A stretch of DNA of 64,000 nt from an uncultured Verrucomicrobiota bacterium (GTDB taxonomy: Bacteria; Verrucomicrobiota; Kiritimatiellia; RFP12; UBA1067). Position numbers and translations under genes: made by a program. The notes under the pieces are model-generated. The model saw only the letters and a list, made by a program, of their open reading frames with translations, ran no database searches and had not been told where the DNA came from. Positions 7,754 to 17,196 of this stretch are shown piece after piece (the first letter of the stretch is position 1; the number at the start of each line of letters is the position of its first letter). The stretch covers positions 2,391-66,390 of the forward strand of contig CAMNBZ010000013.1 of NCBI GenBank assembly GCA_946533675.1. Direction: 5' to 3'.

Positions 7754-10513
7754 ATGAAAAAAAGATTGTCAGCATGGGTCCCCGTGGCCCTGGCGATTGG
7801 CGGTGCGGCTCTGACGGCCGCCGCGCAGGAAATCGTCCCGAAAATCGTCCACCCCGTGATGCCGCCGTCGGTCATCCGCCCCGTCGATCCGCGCGCGGAC
7901 GAACAGCCGATCGCGATCGAGACGCAGGCGCGCGTCGTGGAGGAGAACGCCTTTTTCCGCCGCGTGCGCACCTCGTTTACCTTCACCAATCCGAACGCGC
8001 GGCAGATGGCCGGCGAACTGGAATTCCCGATCCCGGACGGCGCGCACGTGTGCGCCTACGCGCTCGACGTGAACGGCACGCTCGTGCCGGGCGTCGTCTG
8101 CGAGAAGGAGAAGGCGCGCGTCGCGTTCGAAAACGAAGTCCGCAAGGGCGTCGATCCCGGCCTCGTCGAGCAGGTGAAGGGCAACATCTGGAAGACGCGC
8201 ATCTTTCCGCTCGTCCCGCACACGCCGCGCCAGGCCGCGGTTGAATACGTCGCGCCGAAAACGGATGCGGCCGCGGTGTCCGAAACTGTCTACGAACGCG
8301 ACGGCGAGGATGTGTTTGCCGCCCGCGCGATGCTGGACGAGGCGGCGCCCGCGACGATCGCGCAGAAGATCGCCGCGTTCACAAAAGGCACGATCATCTG
8401 GGACGCCAGCCTGAGCGCGCAGCCGTTCGCCGCCGCGTGGCGCAAGAAGTTGGAGGCACTTCCCGAAAAAGGCGAGTGGGCGCTTGTCCTGTTCCGGAAC
8501 GATGTAATCGGCTACGCGAAGACGAACGGCTTCACGAAGGATTCGCTTCTGAAGCAGATAGACGAAATCGTGTACGACGGCGGCACGGACTTCAGCAAGA
8601 TTCGAGAGAGGCTGTCTCTCGGCAATGCAGACTTCCCGATGCCGGCACTGCTCTTCACGGATGAAATCGACACCCTCGGGCTTGAGAAACCGGACTACGA
8701 GTCAATCCCCGAACTTGTTATCGCCTCGCGCGACGACGTGCCTGTGCACGATGTCGTGGTGCGCAAGCTCGCGCCGGGCGAGACCCCGCCAGAGGGCGCG
8801 GCCGTGAAGGAAGGCCGTCTGCTCGCGACCGTCTGGGCGGCGCGGCGGATGCAGGATCTCGCATCGCAGGCGGACGCCCGCAAGGACGAGTTCCTCGCGC
8901 TCGGCCGCCGGTACGGCGTCGCGGGCCCGGGCCTTTCGCTCCTCGTCCTCGAAACGCTGGAGCAATGGCTGGAGCACAAGATCGAGCCGCCCGCGAACCT
9001 CGCCATCCACGACGAATGGGTGAAACGCCGCGCGGCCGAGGACGACCCCATCGCCGCGAAGAAGGCGAAAGCCGAGCACGAGCAGCAGCTGCTCCAGTAC
9101 TGGGAAGAGCGCGTTAAATGGTGGAACGATCCGAAGCCGCCCAAGTCGACGCCGAAGAGCGGACTCTTTGATGCCGTCGCACGGGCCGTGGGACTGGGCG
9201 CGAGCCGTCGCGACGCGGCTGCGGCGGTCAACGCGGAAGACGTGGCGTGTTGCGAGGAGGCCGCACTGGAGGAGGATGGCGTGATGGCTGCGGCGACCTC
9301 CGCCTCGGCGAGATACGTGCGGGCTGCGGCGAGCGCACCCGGGGCGATAGCTGCGGCGAGCGCACCCGGGGCGATAGAATCTGCCGCCGCCAACTCTCAA
9401 CTCTCCACTCTCAACTCTCAACTCCCCGTGGCCGTCACGCTCAAGGCGTGGGATCCGAAGACGCCGTATCTGGACGCGTTAAAGGCCGTTTCCAAGGGTG
9501 GTGCCGATGAAGCCTACAAAGTCTATCTAAGGGAGCGCGAGAAGTATGCCGATTCGCCCGCGTTCTACATCGACTGCGCGGGGTGGTTCTACAAGGCGGG
9601 CCGGCCGTTCGAGGCCGACCGCATCCTCACGAATCTCGCCGAGTTCAAGCTGGAGGACGCGGCGCTCTGGCGCGCGATGAGCTGGCGCGCCCGCGAGGCC
9701 GGCAGCTACGATCTTGCCGTCCTCGCGTTCCGCAAGGTGCTTGCGATGCGCGGCGAGGAGGCGCAGAGCCGCCGCGACCTGGCGCTCGTTCTCATGGAGC
9801 AGGCCAAGGCCGCGCTCTGCGACGGCGAGTGGGCGCGCGCGAGAGAGAAAGATGCGCAGGCGATCGCGCTCAGGAACTTCTACGATCCGTCCGACACGCC
9901 GGAAAGCCGGCTCAAGGGGAGGCTGGAAATCTCCCGCAAATGGCTTGAGGAGGCGATGCGCCTTTTCGCGGACGCGGCGTTCAACGTGAACGCGCGGCGC
10001 AGCGGACGGCGCGGCAACGACTTCCAGGTTTCCATTATCGCGCTCGAAGAGCTGAACGGGCTCATTGCGTGGGTGAACGCCGTCGACTGGCCCGACGGCA
10101 AGAAGCCCGCCGTGCCGGCGTTCGACGCCGCCTACCGCCGCGACCTGCCCGTGAAGCTCCGCATCGTCATGAGCTGGGACGCGGACGAGACCGATATCGA
10201 CCTGCACGTTCTCGAACCGAACGGCGAGGAGGCGTTCTACGGCCACCGCCGCACGGCCGAGGGCGGGTTCGTCTCGGAGGATGTCACGACGGGCTACGGC
10301 CCGGAGGAGTATTTGAAGAAGGAGCTGGAAAGTGGCGTCTACAAGGTGCTGACCAACTATTTCGCGTCGCACCAGACGGCGCTGACGGGCCCGGCGACGG
10401 TGACGGCGACCGTCTATACCGACTGGGGCACGGCCGCCGAAAAGCGCCAGGTCCTCACGCTCCGCCTCGACAAGCCGAAGGACAAGCAGCTGATCGGCGA
10501 AGTGAAACTCTAA
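7754..10513 (+). CDS. Secreted VIT-domain / TPR / DUF2135 (YfaP-like C-terminus) protein
   Basis: Signal peptide MKKRLSAW...AAAQ; VIT-like TSFTFTNPNARQMAGELEFPIPDGAHVCAYALDVNG; C-terminal LRIVMSWDADETDIDLHVLEPNGEE...DVTTGYGPEEY; start moved from 7517 to 7754. Confidence 0.8.
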   Translation: MKKRLSAWVPVALAIGGAALTAAAQEIVPKIVHPVMPPSVIRPVDPRADEQPIAIETQARVVEENAFFRRVRTSFTFTNPNARQMAGELEFPIPDGAHVCAYALDVNGTLVPGVVCEKEKARVAFENEVRKGVDPGLVEQVKGNIWKTRIFPLVPHTPRQAAVEYVAPKTDAAAVSETVYERDGEDVFAARAMLDEAAPATIAQKIAAFTKGTIIWDASLSAQPFAAAWRKKLEALPEKGEWALVLFRNDVIGYAKTNGFTKDSLLKQIDEIVYDGGTDFSKIRERLSLGNADFPMPALLFTDEIDTLGLEKPDYESIPELVIASRDDVPVHDVVVRKLAPGETPPEGAAVKEGRLLATVWAARRMQDLASQADARKDEFLALGRRYGVAGPGLSLLVLETLEQWLEHKIEPPANLAIHDEWVKRRAAEDDPIAAKKAKAEHEQQLLQYWEERVKWWNDPKPPKSTPKSGLFDAVARAVGLGASRRDAAAAVNAEDVACCEEAALEEDGVMAAATSASARYVRAAASAPGAIAAASAPGAIESAAANSQLSTLNSQLPVAVTLKAWDPKTPYLDALKAVSKGGADEAYKVYLREREKYADSPAFYIDCAGWFYKAGRPFEADRILTNLAEFKLEDAALWRAMSWRAREAGSYDLAVLAFRKVLAMRGEEAQSRRDLALVLMEQAKAALCDGEWARAREKDAQAIALRNFYDPSDTPESRLKGRLEISRKWLEEAMRLFADAAFNVNARRSGRRGNDFQVSIIALEELNGLIAWVNAVDWPDGKKPAVPAFDAAYRRDLPVKLRIVMSWDADETDIDLHVLEPNGEEAFYGHRRTAEGGFVSEDVTTGYGPEEYLKKELESGVYKVLTNYFASHQTALTGPATVTATVYTDWGTAAEKRQVLTLRLDKPKDKQLIGEVKL
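9391..9424 (+). repeat. In-frame (A/C)ACTCTC heptamer tract (encodes NSQLSTLNSQL)
   Basis: CAACTCTCAACTCTCCACTCTCAACTCTCAACTC; preceded by a 27-bp tandem duplication at 9323-9376 (AAASAPGAI x2). Confidence 0.9.
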
Positions 10514-10530
10514 CGGGCAGGCTGTCGGCG

Positions 10531-10848
10531 ATGAAAGTTCCAGAGGGCAAGACCATCACGCTGACCTTCGTGTCGCACCCGACGAAATCGCTGAAGATGC
10601 GGTGGTGGGGCCGCCTGACGTTCCCCGGCGGCGCGGGCGCGGACGCGCTCCTGCCGGTGGCGGTGACGGACGGCGAGGAGCGGCCGGTCAAGGCGGGCAC
10701 GCTCGATCTCTTCGGCGCGCACATCAAGATCCGCGACGGGCAGGGCGCGCTCGCTTCCGCCGATTTCATCAAGGGCAAGCACGACACGGCGATCTGGCTG
10801 CACCGGCGCGGGATGCTGCCGATTCCGGGAGGGCTGACGTTCGCATGA
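10531..10848 (+). CDS. Hypothetical protein (105 aa)
   Basis: Protein-like ORF between the VIT gene and the sigma gene; ATGA overlap with the next gene. Confidence 0.65.
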   Translation: MKVPEGKTITLTFVSHPTKSLKMRWWGRLTFPGGAGADALLPVAVTDGEERPVKAGTLDLFGAHIKIRDGQGALASADFIKGKHDTAIWLHRRGMLPIPGGLTFA

Positions 10849-11438
10849 CGGATCAGGAATGGTACGCGCTCGTGAAGGCGGGCGAGGACGCGGGCTGGAA
10901 GCGCGTGTGGGAGGATGTCGTCGAGCCGGAATCGACGTCGCTGCGGAGCGCCGAGATGATGAAGCGCTATTCGCTGACGGCCGGCGACCTGATGGGCATG
11001 CTCTACGAGGACATGCTGGGGCGGCGGAAGATCGACCTCTACCGCGGCGAGGGGAGCTTCCAGGGGTGGCTGCGCGCCTACGTGCGCGGCTACGTGCTCA
11101 ACGCCGACCCGAACAAGCACGGCGAGATTTCGCTGGAGGGCGCGGCGGCCGCCGGCGCGGAAGACGGCGCGGCGGCGGCGCTGGACATTCCGCAGCAGGA
11201 TCTCGGTCTCGCGCGCAACGAAATCTGGTCGATGACGCACCTCTGCTTCCGCGACCTCTGGAACCAGGATCCCGAGCGCGCGCTCGTCCTCATCCTGAAG
11301 ACGCGCTTCCATCTGACGAGCGAGGAGACGAAGGAGATGCTGGAGGTTTCGTCCGTCGGCAACGTCGACCAGCTCTTCTCGCGGGCGGTCAAGTTCATGC
11401 GCCAGGACTACGCGCGGCGCGACAAGAACGGCTACTGA
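10845..11438 (+). CDS. ECF-type sigma-70 family factor (divergent)
   Basis: Region-2-like YRGEGSFQGWLRAYVRGY; region-4-like ALVLILKTRFHLTSEETKEML...VDQLFSRA; 197 aa. Confidence 0.65.
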   Translation: MTDQEWYALVKAGEDAGWKRVWEDVVEPESTSLRSAEMMKRYSLTAGDLMGMLYEDMLGRRKIDLYRGEGSFQGWLRAYVRGYVLNADPNKHGEISLEGAAAAGAEDGAAAALDIPQQDLGLARNEIWSMTHLCFRDLWNQDPERALVLILKTRFHLTSEETKEMLEVSSVGNVDQLFSRAVKFMRQDYARRDKNGY

Positions 11439-11516
11439 AAAAAGTTTGTCAGGTTTCGGCGGCGAAGCTCCCTAGCCTCGTGTAACCGCGACAAGCGGAG
11501 AAAGTGAAGGTACAAC

Positions 11517-11957
11517 ATGAAGAAGAACAAAAAGAGACTCGTCGCGGCCCTGGCCGCGGTTCTGTGCGCGGGCACCTGCCTCGCCGGTCATCATCGTCCA
11601 CCCGCCCCCGGCGGACACCGCGGCCCCGGCCCGCGCCCGGCGCCGATGATGCACCGCAGCATGCCGCCGCCGCCGCACCGCCACCATCACCACCACCACG
11701 GCGGCAGCGGTTTCGTGGGCGGTGTTGTCGGCGGCATCGTCGGCGGGCTCCTGTACGACGCGGTGACGACGCCGACGGTGACGTACCCCAGCGTGGTCGT
11801 GTCGCAGCCGGTCGTCGTGACGCCTCCGGCGCCCGTCTACCAGACCCAGAACGTCTGGGTGCCGGGGTGCTACGTCAACCAGGTGCTGGCGAACGGCACG
11901 GTCGTCCGCGTCTGGCAGCCGGGCCACTACGAGCAGCGCACGGTCGTCGTGCAGTAG
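11517..11957 (+). CDS. Small secreted Pro/His-rich protein with YXWGXW-like motifs
   Basis: Signal peptide; HRHHHHHH; VWVPGCY and VWQPGHYE motifs. Confidence 0.65.
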   Translation: MKKNKKRLVAALAAVLCAGTCLAGHHRPPAPGGHRGPGPRPAPMMHRSMPPPPHRHHHHHHGGSGFVGGVVGGIVGGLLYDAVTTPTVTYPSVVVSQPVVVTPPAPVYQTQNVWVPGCYVNQVLANGTVVRVWQPGHYEQRTVVVQ

Positions 11958-12048
11958 CGGCGGTCGGTGAAAAAACATAAGATAACTCCACAAAGCGATG
12001 GGCGAATATGGTAAAATATTCGTCCATCAGTCTTTTAAGGAGAAAGAA

Positions 12049-12435
12049 ATGTCGCAGTTTTTTGATTACACGGGCGTGGTCGAGGAAGTCGGCCAGACGC
12101 AGAGTTTCGGCGCGAGCGGGTTCACCAAGCGCGAACTGATCGTCGGCAACGACATCGATTCCAACAGCCGCTATCCCAATCCCGTCAAGTTCACCTTCAA
12201 GAAGGACAACTGCTCGCTCATCGACGGCATCCAGAAGGGCCAGCGCGTGAAGATCCACTTCGCGATCGACGGCCGCCGCTGGGACGGCCCGCGCGGCACG
12301 CAGTATTTCGTCGATCTGACGGCGCTCAAGATTGACGTGATGAACGCCGACGGCACCTCGACCGAGCCGGTGCCCGCGCCCGCCGAGCCGGACCTCCCGG
12401 CCGACGCCGGCGAGATCGACGACATGCCGTTTTGA
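12049..12435 (+). CDS. DUF3127-family OB-fold (SSB-like) protein
   Basis: GQTQSFGASGFTKRELIV...YPNPVKFTF...HFAIDGRRW; acidic C-terminus DDMPF; AAGGAG RBS. Confidence 0.8.
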   Translation: MSQFFDYTGVVEEVGQTQSFGASGFTKRELIVGNDIDSNSRYPNPVKFTFKKDNCSLIDGIQKGQRVKIHFAIDGRRWDGPRGTQYFVDLTALKIDVMNADGTSTEPVPAPAEPDLPADAGEIDDMPF

Positions 12436-13280
12436 TGGTCTGGCGCGACGTCATCACCAAGTCCGCCGCCTACCTCGACGCCAAGGGCGTGCCCGAGGCC
12501 GCGGTCGCGGCGGAACTGCTGGTCGCGCGGCTGCTCAAGTGCGGACGCGGCGATTTTGCCGCGGTCTTCGAGAAGGAGGCGGGCGAACGCTGTCTGGCGG
12601 CGATGCGGCGCGCGATGGCGCGGCTCGTCAAGGGCGAGCCGGTCCAGTACGTCCTCGGCGAATGGGATTTCCGCCGCCTCACGCTGAAATGCGACCGCCG
12701 CGCGCTCATCCCGCGCCCGGAGACGGAGGAGCTCGTCACGCGCGTTCTGAAGCATCTCCGCGACGGCATGACGGTCGTCGACGTCGGCACGGGGACGGGC
12801 GCGATCGCGCTCAGCCTCGCCGCCGAATTCAAAGGCGCGGCGACGATCCTCGCGACGGACGTGAGCGAGGACGCGATCGCGCTCGCGAAGGAGAACGCCG
12901 CGCGGTGCGCGCTCGCCGACCGCGTCACGTTCGCGGTGATGGACGGGCTGGACGAGTTCGACGAGCCCGCGTGCGTCGATATCCTCGTTTCCAACCCGCC
13001 GTACATCGAAAGCGCCGTGTGCGAGACGCTCGACCGGCGCGTGAGGGATTTCGAGCCGCGCCTCGCGCTCGACGGCGGCGCGAACGGCCTCGACTTCTAC
13101 GACCGCTATCTCGCCGACGCGCTCAACCTGCTCAAGCCGGGCGGACGCGTCTTCTTCGAGATCGGCGAAGGGCAGGGCGCGGCCGTGCGCAAGCTGATGG
13201 GCGACTACGGGTTTGAGGACGTCGCGATCGAGAAGGATTTTGCGGGCCATGACCGTTACGCCTTGGCGGCGCTGCGGTAA
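12435..13280 (+). CDS. prmC: Release factor glutamine methyltransferase
   Basis: GEPVQYVLG, ALIPRPETEELV, DVGTGTGAI, ILVSNPPY, EPRLALDGG motifs. Confidence 0.95.
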   Translation: MVWRDVITKSAAYLDAKGVPEAAVAAELLVARLLKCGRGDFAAVFEKEAGERCLAAMRRAMARLVKGEPVQYVLGEWDFRRLTLKCDRRALIPRPETEELVTRVLKHLRDGMTVVDVGTGTGAIALSLAAEFKGAATILATDVSEDAIALAKENAARCALADRVTFAVMDGLDEFDEPACVDILVSNPPYIESAVCETLDRRVRDFEPRLALDGGANGLDFYDRYLADALNLLKPGGRVFFEIGEGQGAAVRKLMGDYGFEDVAIEKDFAGHDRYALAALR

Positions 13281-13315
13281 ATATGGTAAAATATCCGCCG
13301 TTTTGAGCGGATGAC

Positions 13316-13403
13316 GCCGGGGTGGTGAAATGGCAGACACAGGGGACTTAAAATCCCTTGCCAGGTATTTGGCGTGCGGGTTCGAGTCCCGCCCTCGGCA
13401 CCA
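13316..13403 (+). tRNA. tRNA-Leu (anticodon TAA)
   Basis: Acceptor GCCGGGG/CCTCGGC, anticodon arm GGGGA-CTTAAAA-TCCCT, long variable arm, T arm GCGGG-TTCGAGT-CCCGC, encoded CCA. Confidence 0.97.
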
Positions 13404-13439
13404 GTCGCCGCGCGGCTGCGGATCCGCCCGCACGATTTC

Positions 13440-13460
13440 GAAGTCTGAAGTCGGAAGTCC
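13440..13460 (+). repeat. GAAGTC(T/G/C) heptamer tract
   Basis: GAAGTCT GAAGTCG GAAGTCC; same family inside the REP hairpins at about 24.43-24.51 kb and 26.42-26.51 kb. Confidence 0.75.
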
Positions 13461-13537
13461 TTCCATCTTCACGCGGCGCGCGGCGGGGAAGCTGCTCGCT
13501 CAGAAGTTTTTGCGCCACTTCCATCGCCTTGCGCCTT

Positions 13538-13668
13538 GGTAGGGCGCGTTGTCTTCAACGCGCCGGAATGCGGTGCGGCGGCTTGAGGACAAGCCGCCCT
13601 ACCAGAGGTGCCCTGTTGGTCCTGTTCCGTGTCAATTGATGGTCGGGCGCGTTGTCCTCAACGCGCCG
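13538..13668. repeat. BIME-like triplet of GTAG-type REPs
   Basis: GGTAG-GGCGCGTTG-TCTT-CAACGCGCC at 13538-13565 (+), inverted variant at 13576-13603, GGTCG variant at 13641-13668. Confidence 0.85.
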
Positions 13669-13711
13669 CGCGGTCTAGCTGAGCGAGCGCTCTAGAACGC
13701 GGCGGCGGGCC

Positions 13712-13740
13712 TTGCCCGCAGACGCGGAATGTGATATACT
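13712..13740 (+). promoter_or_regulatory. sigma70-type promoter for greA
   Basis: TTGCCC-N17-TATACT with extended TG. Confidence 0.6.
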
Positions 13741-13772
13741 AATACCTCAAATTTCACAAGAAAGGTTGAAAG

Positions 13773-15788
13773 ATGGCTGATACGGAAGCGTTGGCGGTGC
13801 AGTTGACCGAATGTGCGGAGCGTGGAGACTTCGAGGGAGCCTTCAAGCTCATTCGGGCGAATCAGGATGAATTCGCCAAGAATCTCAAACCGGCCGGCGT
13901 CCGCGACGCCTTGAAGAAGACGACGAAAGATCGCCTTCTTCTTTCTTTTGTGGACGGCGTCCCGTTCGGCGCGGAGCCGCTCGACAAGTCGCTCGTCCGC
14001 CTCGAGAAGCTGCTCGGCTTCCAGCCCGGCGCGCTTGTCCTGAACGGCACGTGGGGCCTCGGCGTCGTCAAGCGCCTCGACTACTTCTACAAGAAGATCA
14101 CGGTCGACTTCAAGACGAAGAAGGGCCACCAGTTCACGTATGCGGCGGCGGTGGACATGCTCGAGCGCGCGCCCGAGGGTCACATCCTCGTCAAGTACCA
14201 CGACCGCGACGCGGAGCTCCAGACGCTCATCAAGGAGCAGCCCGGCGAATTCATCAAGGACGTCCTCAAGAGCTACGGCGACATGCCGATCACGCGCCTC
14301 GAGGACGTCTGCGCGCAGAACGGGTTCGTCAAGAGCGTCAACTGGAAGAAGTTCTGGGAAGGCGCGCGCGCGGCGCTGCGCAAGGACAAGCTCGTCGAGA
14401 TCCCCGTCAAGCGCGCCGATCCGATCCGCCTCAAGGCGTCGGTCGAGGACTACGGCGACAGCTGGCTGACGGCGTTTTCGCACGAGACCGACCCGAAGCT
14501 GCTGCTCGCGGGCGTCAAGGAGTTCGTCGCGCAGGGCAAGTTCAAGACGGCGACGGACGAGGTCAAGGCGAAGATCGAGGAGCGTCTCGTCTTCGCGGTG
14601 ACGGCGGCGCGCAAGGTGGACGACGCGCTCTACACGCGGCTCGCGGTGACGGTGAGGGAGCTCGGCTTCTCGAAGCCGGCGGCGGCGGAGATGCGCGACT
14701 ACCTCTGGGAGCGCAAGCGCTTCGTCAAGGCCGCGGCGACGCTGCCCGCGCGCGAGGTCGGCGCGATGATCGCGTTTCTCGCCGACGGCGACGAGGCCAA
14801 GGCGCGGCTCTACGCGGCGGTCCCCGACCTCTGCTTCACGGCGGTCGCCGAGATCGTCCAGCAGTTCGGGCAGGAGGAGGCGTGCCGCCAGGCGATGGGC
14901 GCGCTCATGAAGGCGCCCAAGGCGCCGGCGACGCTGACGACGCTGCTCGTCGGCAAGTACGAGAATTTCCGCGCGTGGAAGGAGCTGCCGCCGCTGAGCA
15001 CGCTCCTGACGCACGCGATCGCGCTCGGCGAAGGCCGCCAGAGCGGCGAGACGCTGAAGATGCAGAACTTGATCCGCCGCCTCTTCGCGGACGTCAAGTG
15101 GCTGGCAAAGGTGTTCGCGTGGCTCGCGCCGGCGGACCAGGCGCTCTTCTTCGAGCGCTTCCAGGCGTCGATCGCGTGGGATCCGTCGACGCACCACACG
15201 ATCGTCGTGCGCATGACGCGCATCGTCCCCGCGCTCGAGGCGCACGTCGTCGCGGTCGAGAAGAAGAAGGAGTACGCGCGCCTGACGAGCTACCGCAGCT
15301 TCGCGCTGAAGAAGGCGGAGTATCTGAAGCTCATCAACGAGGACATGCCCGAGAACGTCCGCAAGATCGAGTTCGCCAAGGGCTTCGGCGACCTGTCGGA
15401 GAACGCGGAATACCAGTACGCGAAGGACGAGCAGCGCCAGCTGATGCAGAAGCAGACGCTCATGCAGCAGGACCTCGAGACGGTCAAGCCGAGCGACTTC
15501 GCGGACGCGACGACCGACGAGGTGATGCCCGGCGTCGCGGTCGTCGTCGCCACGGCGAACGGCGAGAAGACGTATTCCATCCTCGGCGAGTGGGACAACG
15601 ACCCCGAGCAGGGCGTGCTGTCGTCGAAGGCGCGGCTCGCGGCGAACATGCTCGGCAAGAAGGTCGGCGACCAGTTCGAGCTGCCGGGCGCCGAAGGCCA
15701 GGTCGCGTTCGGCACGGTCAAGGCGATCCAGCCGCTGAGCGACGCCGTCCGCGCGTGGATGGCGCTCCCGGCCGGGATGCAGATCTGA
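13773..15788 (+). CDS. greA: GreA/GreB transcript cleavage factor with long N-terminal extension
   Basis: C-terminal IEFAKGFGDLSENAEYQYAKDEQ and YSILGEWDNDPEQGVLSSKARLAANMLGKKVGD; 671 aa. Confidence 0.9.
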   Translation: MADTEALAVQLTECAERGDFEGAFKLIRANQDEFAKNLKPAGVRDALKKTTKDRLLLSFVDGVPFGAEPLDKSLVRLEKLLGFQPGALVLNGTWGLGVVKRLDYFYKKITVDFKTKKGHQFTYAAAVDMLERAPEGHILVKYHDRDAELQTLIKEQPGEFIKDVLKSYGDMPITRLEDVCAQNGFVKSVNWKKFWEGARAALRKDKLVEIPVKRADPIRLKASVEDYGDSWLTAFSHETDPKLLLAGVKEFVAQGKFKTATDEVKAKIEERLVFAVTAARKVDDALYTRLAVTVRELGFSKPAAAEMRDYLWERKRFVKAAATLPAREVGAMIAFLADGDEAKARLYAAVPDLCFTAVAEIVQQFGQEEACRQAMGALMKAPKAPATLTTLLVGKYENFRAWKELPPLSTLLTHAIALGEGRQSGETLKMQNLIRRLFADVKWLAKVFAWLAPADQALFFERFQASIAWDPSTHHTIVVRMTRIVPALEAHVVAVEKKKEYARLTSYRSFALKKAEYLKLINEDMPENVRKIEFAKGFGDLSENAEYQYAKDEQRQLMQKQTLMQQDLETVKPSDFADATTDEVMPGVAVVVATANGEKTYSILGEWDNDPEQGVLSSKARLAANMLGKKVGDQFELPGAEGQVAFGTVKAIQPLSDAVRAWMALPAGMQI

Positions 15789-15811
15789 GGCGCGGCGGAA
15801 AAGGGACGGCC

Positions 15812-16774
15812 ATGAAGATCCTCACCGGCATCCAGCCTTCGGGCAAGCTCCACTGGGGCAACTATTTCGGCGCGATGAAGTCGATGTTCGACCTTCAGGC
15901 GAAGGGCGAGTCGCTGTTCATGTTCATCGCGAACTTCCACGCCATGACGACGGTGCGCGACGGCGCGGCGCTGCGGGCGGCGACGCGCGACGTGGCGCTC
16001 GACTACCTCGCGTGCGGGCTCGATCCGGCGCGGTCGATCATGTACCGCCAGAGCGACGTGCCGGAGGTGCAGGAGCTCGCGTGGTATCTCTCGTGCCTGA
16101 CGCCGATGGGGCTCCTGGAGCGCTGCCACAGCTACAAGGACAAGCTCGCGCACGGGCTGGACGCGACGCACGGCCTTTTCGCGTATCCCGTCCTGATGGC
16201 GGCGGACATCCTCATCATGAACGCCGAGCTCGTGCCGGTCGGCAAGGACCAGAAGCAGCACCTGGAGGTGACGCGCGACCTCGCGCAGAAGTTCAACAAC
16301 GCCTACGGCGAGATCTTCACGCTGCCGGACGCCTACATCCCCGAGACGGTCGCGACGATCCCCGGCACCGACGGCCAGAAGATGTCGAAGAGCTACCACA
16401 ACACGATTGAGCTCTTCGAGGACGCGAAGTCCATCAAAAAGAAGGTGATGGCCATCGTCACCGACTCGACGCCGATGGAGGCGCCGAAGGAGCCGGAGGG
16501 CAATTCCATCTACGAGCTCTACAAGCTCTTCGCGACGCCCGACGAGGTCGCGGCGATGGCGGCCGCGTTCCGCGCGGGCGGCTACGGCTACGGCCACGCG
16601 AAGAAGGCGCTCTTGGAGGCGTACCACCGCCTGTTCGACCCGTTCCGCGCGCGCCGCGAGGAGCTGGCGAAGGACCCGGCGACGCTGGAGGACATCCTGC
16701 AGGACGGTGCGCGCCGCGCCCGTGCCGCCGCCGCGCCCGTGATGGACAAGGTCCGCCGCGCCGTCGGTCTCTGA
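15812..16774 (+). CDS. trpS: Tryptophanyl-tRNA synthetase
   Basis: MKILTGIQPSGKLHWGNY, YPVLMAADIL, VPVGKDQKQHLE, KMSKS; start moved from the 14051 track start. Confidence 0.97.
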   Translation: MKILTGIQPSGKLHWGNYFGAMKSMFDLQAKGESLFMFIANFHAMTTVRDGAALRAATRDVALDYLACGLDPARSIMYRQSDVPEVQELAWYLSCLTPMGLLERCHSYKDKLAHGLDATHGLFAYPVLMAADILIMNAELVPVGKDQKQHLEVTRDLAQKFNNAYGEIFTLPDAYIPETVATIPGTDGQKMSKSYHNTIELFEDAKSIKKKVMAIVTDSTPMEAPKEPEGNSIYELYKLFATPDEVAAMAAAFRAGGYGYGHAKKALLEAYHRLFDPFRARREELAKDPATLEDILQDGARRARAAAAPVMDKVRRAVGL

Positions 16775-16916
16775 CGGCGGCGGAACATATTCCGGCCGTT
16801 TCGCGAAGACGAATCCAGGGGTTGTCGGCCCGCATGCCGGCCGCCGCACAGCCGGCCGCGCGGCAGGGCGGCCGGGAATGTGATATAATACCGCCAACGG
16901 AAATCGTGGAGTGAAC

Positions 16917-17135
16917 ATGAAAGCAGGAAATCTTTATCGCAGTGCGGACGAAAAGGTGGTGGCCGGCGTGTGCGCCGGCCTGGCCGACAAGCTGGACCTG
17001 AACGTGACGGGCGTGCGCTGGGTGTGGGCGCTCGTGGCGCTCGTCTCCGGCCTTCCCGTCCTGATCTATCTCGTCCTGTGGGTCGTCTTGAAGGAGCGCC
17101 CGACCGGCGACGACGTTTCGTTCATCGACGTCTGA
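16917..17135 (+). CDS. pspC: PspC-domain membrane protein
   Basis: LYRSADEKVVAGVCAGLA...VRWVWAL...IYLVLWVVL. Confidence 0.85.
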   Translation: MKAGNLYRSADEKVVAGVCAGLADKLDLNVTGVRWVWALVALVSGLPVLIYLVLWVVLKERPTGDDVSFIDV

Positions 17136-17196
17136 CGCGCGCCTGTTCGCCGGCGGCGGCCCGCGCGGCCGGCTTTTTTGATATACTTACGACGGC

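Noticed and set aside
13316-13700. tRNA-Leu as an integration site for an island
   Set aside because: No integrase and no duplicated tRNA 3' end found; downstream DNA is REP repeats then greA
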